From the NCBI GenBank assembly GCA_963823555.1, contig CAWGMA010000002.1:256001-320000 (forward strand): a stretch of 64,000 bases of DNA, written 5' to 3'. A model generated the notes under the pieces. It did no database searches, was not told where the DNA came from, and was given only the letters and a program-made list of their open reading frames with translations. Of the stretch, positions 1-9,575 are shown in pieces; position 1 is the stretch's first letter, and each line of letters begins with the position of its first letter. This stretch comes from Candidatus Eiseniibacteriota bacterium (GTDB taxonomy: Bacteria; Eisenbacteria; RBG-16-71-46; CAVPCR01). Position numbers and translations under genes: made by a program.

Positions 1-370
1 CCAGGTTCAGATTGAGCGCCGGCTCGGCCAGGGAGCAGACGATCACGACCTGATCGATGTTGGCTGCGACCACATGCTCCTTGGCGTGCGACCCCCGTGC
101 CCGCCGGGAGAGCTTCGTGCGGCGGGGCAGGATCTCCTCGATCGCGCCGCGGCCCCCGCCGAGAACGCGGATCCGGACCTCGTCGCCTACCGCCAGGAGC
201 CTCTTCTGCGGCACCTTGCTCTCCGCCAGACGACCGCGGAGAACGCAGGGCAGCGTACCGATCGGGGTCGCGACCTGGCTCGATCTGGCATCGATGCGGA
301 CGACCCTTCCCGTCAAGGACTCCGGGTCGCTGGCAGATGTCGTCGAGGATGATCTTCGGCTGGCGTTCAT
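1..370 (-). CDS. rsgA: Ribosome small subunit-dependent GTPase A (N-terminal part; runs off the window edge)
   Basis: Not in the ORF track. Manual translation from ATG at 370: MNASRR...GRVVRIDARSSQV...LRGRL...LAVGDEVRI...GAIEEILPRRTKLSRR...EHVVAANIDQVVIVCSLAEPALNLNL. This is the OB-fold plus the 'I..ILPR...L.R' and 'AANIDQ' signatures of RsgA/YjeQ. Confidence 0.9.
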   Translation of the reverse strand, partial: MNASRRSSSTTSASDPESLTGRVVRIDARSSQVATPIGTLPCVLRGRLAESKVPQKRLLAVGDEVRIRVLGGGRGAIEEILPRRTKLSRRARGSHAKEHVVAANIDQVVIVCSLAEPALNLNL

Positions 371-529
371 ATCATGGCGATCTGGAGGTCGCGGCGGATC
401 TCGTCCGCTGCACAGTGCGTCTTTCCAGGATTGCAGCTTGAGAATGCGGGCATCCTGCAATGAGACAGCCGGAAGTCCCCGGCCGCAAGCCGTCGTTTCC
501 GGGTGTCGGTGAAGGGGTCGATCCGTTCC

Positions 530-601
530 CCGGATCCGGCCCCCACCAGGGCTCCCCCCCCGTAACTGCCGCAGCCGCGCGGAACTGGGGCCCGGATCCG
601 G
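530..601. repeat. Intergenic inverted repeat (15 of 16 bp paired, 40-nt loop) between divergent rsgA and pilin genes
   Basis: ccggatccggccccca (530-545) pairs with tggggcccggatccgg (586-601) with one mismatch. Confidence 0.6.
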
Positions 602-739
602 AAGCCACCGAGATCAGATCGGCATGCCGCTCGAGACTGGCATTGTCCTTGCCTCAGGGTATGTCGGCAAGACCGATTGCGAGCCCCGCCCCGGGTGCTC
701 CTCCTCCCGCTGCTCGGGCAGCAGAAAGTCACGACCGCC

Positions 740-1180
740 GTGGACCGACCACCCGCCATCTCCCCCTCGTCCGCCACCGCTCGCGGCCGGTGTGGGGGGA
801 CACGCTTCCGGAAGGGGAGTGCCGGTTTCACACTGGTCGAACTCTCGGTCGTGCTCATGATCATCGGCCTGCTCGTGGTCCTCGGGGTGCCCTATTTTTC
901 CGAGGGCAAGGTCGGGGCGCAGCGCAATGCATGCCTGGCGCAACAGCGCATGATCTACGAGGCCGCGCTCATCTACTGCGGGACCAACGGGGCCGCTGAC
1001 GGCAACATGAGTGTCTCGGTGCTCCTGCCCAATCTCCTGCAGTCCGAGGCCGGAGACTGCCCATCGAACCAGGATGGCTCGCAGGATGACTACACGATCG
1101 TCATCCAGGGCGGACAGCCGGTCGACGTGATCTGTGGCATCAAGGGTGACGGGCACCCCTGGCATCCCCTCTCCGAATAG
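740..1180 (+). CDS. Type IV pilin-like / pseudopilin protein (prepilin N-terminal cleavage/methylation domain)
   Basis: Class III signal RKGSAG|FTLVELSVVLMIIGLLVVLGVP with Glu at +5, then a small globular domain with 4 Cys. Start uncertain (677 or GTG 740). Confidence 0.85.
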   Translation: MDRPPAISPSSATARGRCGGTRFRKGSAGFTLVELSVVLMIIGLLVVLGVPYFSEGKVGAQRNACLAQQRMIYEAALIYCGTNGAADGNMSVSVLLPNLLQSEAGDCPSNQDGSQDDYTIVIQGGQPVDVICGIKGDGHPWHPLSE

Positions 1181-1429
1181 CCCCCGCCGGCCATCCGCTC
1201 AAGCTCCTCCCCCACGCCAGCAAAAAAAAGCGAACTCCGGCGGCGGCGGACGCGTCTACCGGGTGCCAGAGGAGCGGCCCGTGGGTGGACGGACGCCGTA
1301 CGAAAAGCGCTGGGGGCAGCGTGGGATCTCGAATGAGATCCCGCGGGAGGCTGCCGTCCCCCCGGGCCCTCTTCATCCGGCTTCTAAGGCGACCATCATC
1401 GCCGGGTTCCGCTGAAGGAGCGTGTTGCC

Positions 1430-2200
1430 ATGATCCAACATTCGGGTCAAACCTTCGGACTCCGGCTGCGATCGGCAGCGAGCGTCCTCACTTTCCTCAT
1501 GCTGGCCGCCGTCGTGGCGATCGGGATCGGGGCGGATGTGCAGGCGGCCTCGGGTTCCGGGCCGCCGGATCCGTTGCCGGGGGCCAGCCCCAGCAAGAAG
1601 ATCAACCGGCAGGTCGATCTCTTCGCGCGCATGATCGATAACACGCTGGTCGAGAGCGAGCATGCGCTCGTGTCGCGGGGGCGCAATGCGACGGGAGCCT
1701 ACGTTCCGAACCAGGGCGCCTTGTTCGCCTTCGAGTTCTCTCTCGTCGGTGGCTGGACCATGGCCGGGCCCCAGCTGAGCTATCTCCACGTCCTGGGAGA
1801 TCTCGATGACTCGCTGATCGAGCTCGAGGATCTGAAGGAGCTCAAGGACTTGAAGGACCTCGACCTGGATGAGCTCAAGAAGCAGGGTAAGGACGAGGAG
1901 ATCGAGAAGAAGCTCAGAGCGGCCAAGGCCGAGGCGAGCGTCCGGCAGACCGAGCAGTACCAGAATGTGAAGGCAGAGCTCGTGGATATGCTCGCCCAGT
2001 ACGGCGATCTGCTGGATGAGATTCCCGGCGACGAGTGGGTGACATTGATCGCCCGGCCGAGTCGCGGAGATTGGGGTGAGAAGGACGTGACCAAGCTGGT
2101 GATGCGCGTGCGACGCCGCGATGTCACCGATCGCGTCGATGAGAAGATCGACGATGCCGCGTTCCGCAAGCGTTTCGTCGTCGAGGAGTACAGCGGGTAG
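1430..2200 (+). CDS. Hypothetical secreted protein
   Basis: aaggag RBS, Sec-type signal peptide (..VVAIGIGADVQA), charged low-complexity middle segment, host-like codon usage. Confidence 0.7.
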   Translation: MIQHSGQTFGLRLRSAASVLTFLMLAAVVAIGIGADVQAASGSGPPDPLPGASPSKKINRQVDLFARMIDNTLVESEHALVSRGRNATGAYVPNQGALFAFEFSLVGGWTMAGPQLSYLHVLGDLDDSLIELEDLKELKDLKDLDLDELKKQGKDEEIEKKLRAAKAEASVRQTEQYQNVKAELVDMLAQYGDLLDEIPGDEWVTLIARPSRGDWGEKDVTKLVMRVRRRDVTDRVDEKIDDAAFRKRFVVEEYSG

Positions 2201-2279
2201 CCGAGAACCGATGCGTTGAAGAGTGGGTCCTGGAAAGCCGATCGCCCGGCCTGGTGCCGGGCGATCGCTTTGGGGCCGG

Positions 2280-3101
2280 CTAGTTCTTGCGTGCGGCGCG
2301 GAGCTCGGATTCGACCTGAGCCGCCGTCATCGGATCGCCGGCGTCCTCGAGCAGGCGCTTGGCCTTCTCGAAATGCTCCACCGCGCCAGCGGTGTTCCCC
2401 ATGCGGGCCAGGGCACGGGCGTAGTCGCGCTCGTAGTACCAGTTCTTGCTGTCGAGGCCGATGGCCCAGCGGAACTCGGTCATCGATTCCTCGAGGCGTC
2501 CCGCTTCACTGAGGAGCACGGCTTTGCCGTAGCGTGGTTCCGGCGTTCCGGGCTTCTGCTGGGCCACGGCATCGAAGTACTCGATTGCTGGCGCGATGTC
2601 GGTCCCCTGTCGGGCGCGGGCCCGCGCGAATCCCCCGACCGAGGCCGGCGATATGTTGTCGATGATGAGCGCGCGCTGGAAGTGACGGACCGCGACATCG
2701 GGACGTTGGCGGCCGAGCTCGAGATCGCCGAGCGCGGTGTGCAGGTTGATGTCGCTGGGCCGGAGCGGGATGCAGTCCTCGATGACACGCACCCCGATCC
2801 AGGGGATGCCGCCGTCCAGTGCGGCGGTGACCACCGCTCGCTCCAGGCGGCCATCGTCCGGCCCGGCGAGAACCTGCGGGTGCAGGAGGGCGAGAGCGGA
2901 ATCGGCCAATCCGGATGCGACGAGATCCTGGACCTGCTTGAGGAGGCGCGCGGTCTCGTCCTGGGTGGCCCCCCGGGCGGGGTGCGCTGGCGGGCCTGCC
3001 GCCATGGCAGCCGCCACCAGAACCGCGGCCAGCACAGGTCGAATCCGGGAGCGGAGCGCGGCAGGAGCGACACTCGGTTGTGATCGGGTGATGGGAGTCA
3101 T
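2280..3101 (-). CDS. Secreted tetratricopeptide repeat protein
   Basis: Signal peptide (LAAVLVAAAMAAGPPAHPARG) followed by TPR-like helices (LHTALGDLEL...AVRHFQRAL; YGKAVLLSEAGRLEES; YARALARMGNTAGAVEHFEKA). Confidence 0.8.
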   Translation of the reverse strand: MTPITRSQPSVAPAALRSRIRPVLAAVLVAAAMAAGPPAHPARGATQDETARLLKQVQDLVASGLADSALALLHPQVLAGPDDGRLERAVVTAALDGGIPWIGVRVIEDCIPLRPSDINLHTALGDLELGRQRPDVAVRHFQRALIIDNISPASVGGFARARARQGTDIAPAIEYFDAVAQQKPGTPEPRYGKAVLLSEAGRLEESMTEFRWAIGLDSKNWYYERDYARALARMGNTAGAVEHFEKAKRLLEDAGDPMTAAQVESELRAARKN

Positions 3102-3168
3102 GAGGCCGGCGATTCTACCAACTAGGGAGGAGGGAAACAACCGGGGCGACGGCGTGGCCGGAGGGCAC

Positions 3169-3276
3169 AAAGAAAACGGGCGCCGGACGTTCCCGAACAG
3201 CCCCGCTTCTGATTGGGCCCCCCTGCGGGCCCATCACCCACTTGAGCGCTATGGGCTTCAGGATGCTCCGGCGCCC
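3169..3276 (-). ncRNA. Long (~100 nt) imperfect hairpin followed by a U-tract; structured 3' UTR/terminator or unannotated small RNA
   Basis: On the minus strand GGGCGCCGGA pairs with UCCGGCGCCC. Inner helices are CCUGAA/UUCGGG, GCCC/GGGC, CGCU/AGCG and GGGCCC/GGGCCC, followed by GUUUUCUUU. The G-U pair favours the minus strand. Confidence 0.5.
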
Positions 3277-3318
3277 CCGCCTCGTTGGATCTCCATTCGC
3301 TTCACTCCATGCTACCCA

Positions 3319-3618
3319 TCAGATGGCGGCCAGGTTCCAGCCCAGATGCTCCGCCTCGAAGTCCGCTGCCGAGAAGCGCTTCTCGCACTTCTCGAGAGCG
3401 AGGCCGGCCAGATGGAGCTGGGCCGCGTTCAACGGGGTCGGGTCACGAAGGTAGACACTGTAGGTATCGAGGAAGGCGTCCCAACGCATCCGACGTTCGA
3501 CCTCGCGGTCTGGGATGAGGATCTCTGCTTGCATCGAGAACACCCCCTTTCCCTCTTCGCCGGCCCGGCGCTGGACCACCGGGATCACCACGTTTCTCCT
3601 ATCTCCTACTACGTCCAT
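3319..3618 (-). CDS. Small hypothetical protein
   Basis: 99-aa ORF with agaagg RBS, filling the gap downstream of miaE; no motif recognised. Confidence 0.55.
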   Translation of the reverse strand: MDVVGDRRNVVIPVVQRRAGEEGKGVFSMQAEILIPDREVERRMRWDAFLDTYSVYLRDPTPLNAAQLHLAGLALEKCEKRFSAADFEAEHLGWNLAAI

Positions 3619-3702
3619 TGCGCCTTCTGCTTCTCCACTTATTTGGATACCGTGGATCGGAGTGAGGGTTCCGGAGCCCGGAAGCGGGGATGGGCGGTCC
3701 GG

Positions 3703-4335
3703 CTAGTGGATCCGGGCGCGAGGCGGGATCTCGCTCAGGATGGCGGCTTCGATGCGCGCGATCTCCTCGATGCGGGAGGAAGCTCTGGCGTCACCGACCG
3801 CTCCGGCAGCATGGGTGAAGAAGAGGGTGTGGTGGCGAGCCTCGGCGGTGGCGAGTTCGGCGTAGAAGCGGCGGAGATCCGCCTCGATCGGGGCGGTGGC
3901 CAGGAGCCGGAACCGCTCGCAGGAACGGGCCTCGATGAAGCCACAGCGCACGAGCTGATCGAGGAGTGCCATCTCTGCCGATCCGCCCCGCCGCGTGCGT
4001 TGCTCGAGCAGCTTGACATACTCATCCGTGCCAGGACGGGTGAGCGCCCGCCCCCGCTCGCGCACGAGGGCATGGACCTGTTCGAAGTGCCGCAGCTCCT
4101 CGCGCGCGAGCGCGGTCAGATCGCGCACGAGCGGGCTCCGTTCGGCGAACCGCCCGGCCATCGCCATGGCATTGGCCGCCGCTTTGAGCTCGCAATGAGC
4201 GTGATCGACAAGCAGCGCATCGAGGTCTCCGAGCGCCGCAGCGAGCCAGTCCGGCCCCGTGGCCTTGAGGAGCGGCAGTCCGGCCAGCGGGTCGGCGGGC
4301 AGGTCTGCCTGCGGGGAGGTGCCAGGTGTCATCAT
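3703..4335 (-). CDS. miaE: tRNA-(ms2io6A37) hydroxylase (ferritin-like di-iron)
   Basis: Motifs LLVDHAHCELKAA, LAREELRHF, IEARSCERF, FYAELATAEARHH. Confidence 0.92.
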   Translation of the reverse strand: MMTPGTSPQADLPADPLAGLPLLKATGPDWLAAALGDLDALLVDHAHCELKAAANAMAMAGRFAERSPLVRDLTALAREELRHFEQVHALVRERGRALTRPGTDEYVKLLEQRTRRGGSAEMALLDQLVRCGFIEARSCERFRLLATAPIEADLRRFYAELATAEARHHTLFFTHAAGAVGDARASSRIEEIARIEAAILSEIPPRARIH

Positions 4336-4338
4336 TCG

Positions 4339-4812
4339 TTATGAAGCGGTCCCCTTGCTCGCGACATCGAGCGCATCGAGATCGGCCAGGACCTCGGCCG
4401 GATGCGCGCCGGGATCGACCTGGTCGTAGACCTTCCGGATGATGCCATCCCCGTCGATGAGGAAGCTCACGCGTCGCGCGAATCCGGCGTCCGCCGCATC
4501 GCAGGCCCCGTAGGCCAGCCCCATCTTGCGATCGGTGTCCGAGAGCAGGATGTAGGGGAAGGAGAACTTGTCGGCGAAGGCGCAGTTGGCGTCGACCGCG
4601 TCGAAACTCACCCCGACCACTTCGGTGTTTCTCGTCGTGAACTCTTGGATTCGATCCCGGAATCCTTTGCCTTCCAGCGTTCAGCCCGGGGTGTCAGCCT
4701 TGGGATAGAACCATAGGATCACACGTTTGCCGCGAAACTCGGCCAGCGAACGTTGGTGGCCCCGATGGTCGGGGGCGGAGAAGTCGGGAGCTTGGTCACC
4801 AGGTTTGAGCAT
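4339..4812 (-). CDS. bcp: Selenocysteine-containing BCP/PrxQ peroxiredoxin (in-frame TGA at 4681-4683)
   Basis: Track ORFs 4681..5067 and 4339..4620 are one continuous frame: MLKPGDQAPDF...LWFYPKADTPG-TGA-TLEGKGFRDRIQEFTTRNTEVVGVSFD...FPYILLSD...RRVSFLIDGDGIIRKVY. The TGA occupies the peroxidatic Cys position of PxxxTxxC. ggagga RBS before ATG 4812; alternative start 4884. Confidence 0.88.
4647..4665 (-). promoter_or_regulatory. Putative bacterial SECIS hairpin
   Basis: 15 nt after the UGA the mRNA reads GGAUUC-CGGGAUC-GAAUCC, a 6-bp stem with a small G-containing apical loop. Confidence 0.65.
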
Positions 4813-4999
4813 GAGCTCTCCTCCGAGGCCCATGGCATCCCGGGCCAGGCCGGCGATGTCACGGAGCTTGCGTCCTAGACCCATGGCAGTCCTCTCGATA
4901 TGACGGTGGGCTTCTAACCAGGCGGTTGCCTGACTGTCACGATACAACGGGCGGCCGGATCGTGAAAGGACCGGATACGGGGGGGCTGGTGGCGCCGGC

Positions 5000-5836
5000 C
5001 TAGCGACCGGTGGACCGGCGGGCGATGCCGATCGCGTTGGGAATCGGCCAGCCGGACTGGACGTCATTGTCTTCGAGGATCATGCCCTCGAAACGGCCGA
5101 CACGCTCGATCTCGCGACCGCCTGATCGCACGAAGAGCTGGGCCTGCGGTCCACCCTCGGCATACATGGCACGGGCGATGCCGAGGGGAAGAGCGAGCAG
5201 AGCGGCGATGAAGTCGTGGGTGGAGTACGGTGAGCGGCAGTGCAGGAAGAGAATGCGACTCGAATCGTCGACCGCGATTGCCGCCGTCGAGAAGCGATTC
5301 GGCTGTTGCTGCCAGACATTCTCCTGGTTGCAGCTCACCATGCGAATGCTCTGAACGAAACTCCGGTAGTGGTCCCGCTGCGCGGCGAAGTCGATACAGG
5401 TCAGATCCAGGATATCGGCCGGCGGCACGCTGTCGGTGACGGCGTCGAATGCCAGCACCGCCCGATCACGGGTGAGGCGGGGGTTGTTCACGTGGTCGGC
5501 GGTTCGCATCATGCTCACGCTGGTCTTGAGATCGGTCTGGTACATGCTGGCGTTGATGGCGGCGACCAGGCCTTTGCGGTCGCACCAGCCGCGCGTGTTC
5601 AGGGCGCGACCTTCTCCTGGCGCTGAAGCGTTGAGGAGTCGGAGCTCGAAGCGGGAAGTGTCGATACGAAGCACCGTGAGGCGTGAGTCGCCCACCGTCG
5701 AGGGTGTGGGCATGGTGAACTCGCCGAGGTCGAGTCCGGGCTCGAGAAGATGCCAGCTCCCGGAGGCTTCGGCTGCGGCGGTCGCGGCGGTCAGCGCGGT
5801 GAAGGCGAAGGCGAGCAGGAGTCGAGGGACGCTCAT
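5000..5836 (-). CDS. Phosphodiester glycosidase (NAGPA-like) family secreted protein
   Basis: Signal peptide; AAINASMY, 'FSTAAIAVDDSSRILF', AMYAEGGPQAQL and a C-terminal PIPNAIGI motif. Confidence 0.75.
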   Translation of the reverse strand: MSVPRLLLAFAFTALTAATAAAEASGSWHLLEPGLDLGEFTMPTPSTVGDSRLTVLRIDTSRFELRLLNASAPGEGRALNTRGWCDRKGLVAAINASMYQTDLKTSVSMMRTADHVNNPRLTRDRAVLAFDAVTDSVPPADILDLTCIDFAAQRDHYRSFVQSIRMVSCNQENVWQQQPNRFSTAAIAVDDSSRILFLHCRSPYSTHDFIAALLALPLGIARAMYAEGGPQAQLFVRSGGREIERVGRFEGMILEDNDVQSGWPIPNAIGIARRSTGR

Positions 5837-6624
5837 GCGGTACCTTCGATGTGGAAGGCGATCGCGTGTGTGCGGTAGGGGAACTCGACCTTGCCGCCTT
5901 CGGCGTGGCGATCGAAGAGACGATCGAGCTCCGCCGCGAACGCGGCGCGGGACTCCGCTGGAATCCCGTGCGCCACATAGGAGCTCGAGTCGACGCGCCC
6001 GAAGAAGCCCTCCCGGTCGAGGATCTGGACGTGCGGGAACTCGGCGCGGCGGGCGGCCGCGATCCGCGGCGAAGCGAGCAGGCGATCGATGGTGCGGATT
6101 CCCTTCTCGACATCCCGGTACTCGCGGGAGCTGCGCTCGAGAAGCGCCTGGTACTCGGCGAGGAGGGGGGAGGAGCGCTCATCGCGGATGTTCCAGAACG
6201 CAGCGCAGAAGCCGTCCGGGACGAGGATACGTCGGAACTCGGCGAGGGTGGGGTCGAGGTCGAACCAGTGAAAAGCCTGGGCCGCGGTGACGAGCTCCGC
6301 GGCCGCCGGGGGGAGGCCGGTGCTCGAGGCCTCTCCGGCGCGATACTCGACCGCCATCCCCGGCGGTGTCGTGCTTTTGGCCTCGGCTCGCATCTCGGCG
6401 TTGGGTTCGATGCCGATCACATGGAGGCCGGGCCCCGCCAGGAAGCGGGTCGAGATCCCGGTGCCGCAGCCGACATCGACCAGCATGCGCGGCCGCTCCG
6501 GCGCCCTCGCTGGCGGCAGCAGTTCGACGAGGAAGGCGCGGAGCTCGGCCGGATAAGTAGGACGCCAGCGCGCATAATGGCTGGCGGTGGCACTGAAGCG
6601 TTCCCTTGGATCTATGAGCAGCAT
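5833..6624 (-). CDS. Class I SAM-dependent methyltransferase
   Basis: VDVGCGTGISTR motif I, IGIEPNAEM, AAQAFHWFD; N-terminal ERFS...YARWRPTYP. Confidence 0.9.
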   Translation of the reverse strand: MLLIDPRERFSATASHYARWRPTYPAELRAFLVELLPPARAPERPRMLVDVGCGTGISTRFLAGPGLHVIGIEPNAEMRAEAKSTTPPGMAVEYRAGEASSTGLPPAAAELVTAAQAFHWFDLDPTLAEFRRILVPDGFCAAFWNIRDERSSPLLAEYQALLERSSREYRDVEKGIRTIDRLLASPRIAAARRAEFPHVQILDREGFFGRVDSSSYVAHGIPAESRAAFAAELDRLFDRHAEGGKVEFPYRTHAIAFHIEGTA

Positions 6625-6733
6625 GCACAAACTCCGCCCGCAGTCTAGCACGGGCCGAGTTGCCCCCCGGCGCGGGGGGCAGGCGCCGGCGGGTCGTGAC
6701 TTCGTGGGGGCCAGCCGACCGCGTTCCCGAGCG

Positions 6734-9415
6734 TCACCGGATGACGACGACCTTGCTGGTGAGCGAGTTGCCTCCTGCACGGAGCCGTGCGAAGTAGGTA
6801 CCGGCTGGAACGCGGTGACCCTGGGGATCGCGGCCATTCCAGGTGATCACCCCATTCCCTGCGGATGCGTTGTCGTTGACGGCGGCAATCTGCCGTCCAT
6901 TCACATCGTGAATCGAGAGCTCGACCGTGGTCGGCGCATCGAGCCTGAAGCCGAAGGTCGTCAGATCATGCATCGGGTTGGGCGTCGCCCCGGCGAATGT
7001 CACGGCAGGTGCCGGGGTGGGGTCGTCGAGGCCCGTCGGACCGAGCCCGTTCACGACCGTGATGCCGTCCCCGAACGGGGAGGGCGCGGCGGCAATGCCC
7101 GCGGTCGGGCTGAAGGCGAGCATTGCCGGAGGCAGGCCGGTCAAGGCCTGATCCACGATCGTCCGTGTCCCGGTGTCGATGATCGTGAACTGGCCGCTCT
7201 TGGCGATGCTGAAGACCGGGCCGGGGCCGAGCGTGACCGACCACGTGCCGCTCGTTGCATAGAGGAAGGCGCCGGCCGGATCGAGGGCGATCCCCGCCGG
7301 CGGGTCGGGGAGCGGGATCGTAGCCGTCATCGCGCCGCCGACGAGATCGACGACCCCGATGTTCCGGGACTGGAAGTTGGAGACATAGAGCGTCGAACCT
7401 TGCACCACCATGTCGAACGGCCAGTCGCCGACCAGGATCGAGCTGAGAACGGTGGACGAACCCCCGGCGTTGGCCACGACGGTGATCGAGTCGCTCTCGC
7501 GATTGCTGATGTAGATGAGCGAGTTGTCCGGCGAGAACGTCGCCCGCACGGGGAAGGTGCCGACGGTCAGTGTCTTCACCACCGCCCAGGTTCCGGTGTC
7601 GATGATCGAGATCGTGTTGTCGAAGCTGTTGCAGGTGACGAGCGTGGCGCCGTCGGGACTCACTGTCATCCCGCTCGTCTGCGAGAACGCATAGCTGATG
7701 CTGCCCATGTTGCCGGTCGTGAGCTTGAGCCCGGCCACACTGAGGGTCTGCAGGTTGATTCGCCACACGCCGTCGCTGGTGACGACGGCGACGTAGGCAT
7801 ATTGCCCGTCGGGGGAGATCTCGACCTCGCCGCCGCGCGTGGTGATCGTGATGTTGGTGACGGTGCGCGCGAGGAGATCGATCACGGAAACGAAGTCGGA
7901 ATCGAGGTTGGCGACGACGGCCTTGGTGCCGTCGGGCGTGATGGCGACCTCGGCCGGCCGGTTGCCGACCGGGAGGATGGCCGCGGTGGCGGAGGTCTGG
8001 AGATCGACGATCGAGACGTTATCGCTCAGGATGCTGGCGGCGACTGCCTCGCTGCCGTCCGGACGCACGGCAGCCGTGCGCGCCTTGTCCCCTTCGGGCG
8101 GCGGACCCGAGGCGATCACACCCTCGATGAAGCCGCCGGCCCCATTGGTGTTGACGACGAGCATGTCCTCGCCGAAGAGGTTGGCGACCATCGCCGCCCG
8201 CGGTCCGGCCGGTGACACGGCGCCGAGCGCCGTCGAGACGACGTTGTTGAGCTCTCGGACCACGGTCTCGGTGGCATAGCTGATGAGGCTGCCACGGAAA
8301 CCGACCCCCAGGGCATAGCCGCCGTCGGCGGTGGTGACGAGCTGATTGACGGAGGCGGTCGCGAGCGAGGGCGAGACCCCCCCGGTGGTGAGATTCACCA
8401 CACGGCAAGCGTTGAGGACGGCGACCACAGCCTTGGTCCCGGTGGGATCGATCGTGACCGGCCCGCCGAGGTCGGCGCCGACGGCGATGGTGTTGACGAT
8501 CGCGGGAACGGCGGGATCGACCACCGACAGGATCTGGACGGCTCCGGTGTGGGTGACCACGGCCTTGGTGCCGTCGGGCGTCACCGCGACGCCGCGCGGC
8601 GTGTTGCTCGAGGTCAGCGGGGTGACAGCGCCGGTCGAGGTGTTGACGATGAGAATCCGGTTCCCGTAGTAGTCGGGGTGGACGAGGGTCGAGTTGCCCG
8701 CGAACTCGAACTCGCTCGGCGAGAACGTGATCACGCCGGCCTCGAAGGAGATTCCGATCGAGCCGACGAAGCCGACGCCTGCGATGCGGCGTAGCTCGAC
8801 CGCGGTTGCGATGTCGATCACCGAGATCGATCCGCTCACCGTGTTGCCGATGGCGGCGATGGTGCCGTCCGGCGCGATGCGCACGACACCCGGTTGATCG
8901 CCGACGGCGACGACCGCGATCTCCGACCCGGTCGTGAGATCGATGATGGAGGCCGTGTCCTCGAACACGTTCGGGGTCACGGCACGCGTGCCATCGGGGC
9001 TGATCGCGACTCCGTTCGGCGAGCCGGAAAGAGCGATCTCCCTCTCGAAGACTCGAGTCGCGGCATCGAGGACGACGAGATTCCTCGTATCACGATGGGC
9101 GACCACGATCTTCGCGCCGTCGGGGGTCATGGCCACACCGGACGGGGTGTCGCCCTCGGGATCGATCCCGGTGGGAATGAACTCGGCGGTGATCGTGCGT
9201 CCGGAGGTGCCGGGCGACGGGATCGTCGCTGCGTGGTCGAGCGGGAACTCGCCCGCAGGGAACGTGATGATCTCGAGCGGCGGATCGCCGTCGGGAGATT
9301 CGCTCCGGTTCTGGCTGACCTGAGGAAGGCGGGTCGCGCTCGCGCTTGCGGCCAGCAGCATGCTGGCGCAAAGGCATCCGGCGAGCACACGGGCAAGGTG
9401 GTGGCGATGCTGCAT
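6734..9415 (-). CDS. Secreted YVTN-type beta-propeller repeat protein with C-terminal FlgD-Ig/T9SS-like sorting domain
   Basis: Signal peptide; many 'P.GVA[IV]TPDG.KAVV.N..SD.VSVID' repeats; C-terminal TPNPM...HDVNGR...WNGRDPQGHRVPAGTYFARL...SKVVVIR. Confidence 0.88.
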   Translation of the reverse strand: MQHRHHLARVLAGCLCASMLLAASASATRLPQVSQNRSESPDGDPPLEIITFPAGEFPLDHAATIPSPGTSGRTITAEFIPTGIDPEGDTPSGVAMTPDGAKIVVAHRDTRNLVVLDAATRVFEREIALSGSPNGVAISPDGTRAVTPNVFEDTASIIDLTTGSEIAVVAVGDQPGVVRIAPDGTIAAIGNTVSGSISVIDIATAVELRRIAGVGFVGSIGISFEAGVITFSPSEFEFAGNSTLVHPDYYGNRILIVNTSTGAVTPLTSSNTPRGVAVTPDGTKAVVTHTGAVQILSVVDPAVPAIVNTIAVGADLGGPVTIDPTGTKAVVAVLNACRVVNLTTGGVSPSLATASVNQLVTTADGGYALGVGFRGSLISYATETVVRELNNVVSTALGAVSPAGPRAAMVANLFGEDMLVVNTNGAGGFIEGVIASGPPPEGDKARTAAVRPDGSEAVAASILSDNVSIVDLQTSATAAILPVGNRPAEVAITPDGTKAVVANLDSDFVSVIDLLARTVTNITITTRGGEVEISPDGQYAYVAVVTSDGVWRINLQTLSVAGLKLTTGNMGSISYAFSQTSGMTVSPDGATLVTCNSFDNTISIIDTGTWAVVKTLTVGTFPVRATFSPDNSLIYISNRESDSITVVANAGGSSTVLSSILVGDWPFDMVVQGSTLYVSNFQSRNIGVVDLVGGAMTATIPLPDPPAGIALDPAGAFLYATSGTWSVTLGPGPVFSIAKSGQFTIIDTGTRTIVDQALTGLPPAMLAFSPTAGIAAAPSPFGDGITVVNGLGPTGLDDPTPAPAVTFAGATPNPMHDLTTFGFRLDAPTTVELSIHDVNGRQIAAVNDNASAGNGVITWNGRDPQGHRVPAGTYFARLRAGGNSLTSKVVVIR

Positions 9416-9575
9416 GGCGATCCCCCGCTGCTGCGGCCAGGAAGGGCGTGACAGGGTCGAACCCTACGAAGATGGATGCCGTTTCGGCGGCACCGGTCTC
9501 CATTATACGCCAATCCCGCGACGCAGGGCGCGGCTGCGCGGGGGCCGCAGGCCGCGGCTGCGCTGAGGGTCGCGT

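Noticed and set aside
3178..3276. Naming the hairpin as SRP RNA or 6S RNA
   Set aside because: The SRP domain IV motif was not seen and the length is well below typical 6S; kept as an unnamed candidate.
2737..4344. 535-aa plus-strand ORF and other long antisense ORFs (e.g. 6587..8215, 20187..21998, 26782..28926, 35441..37594, 57865..59967)
   Set aside because: Shadow ORFs of well-supported genes on the opposite strand, expected in high-GC DNA; no motifs.
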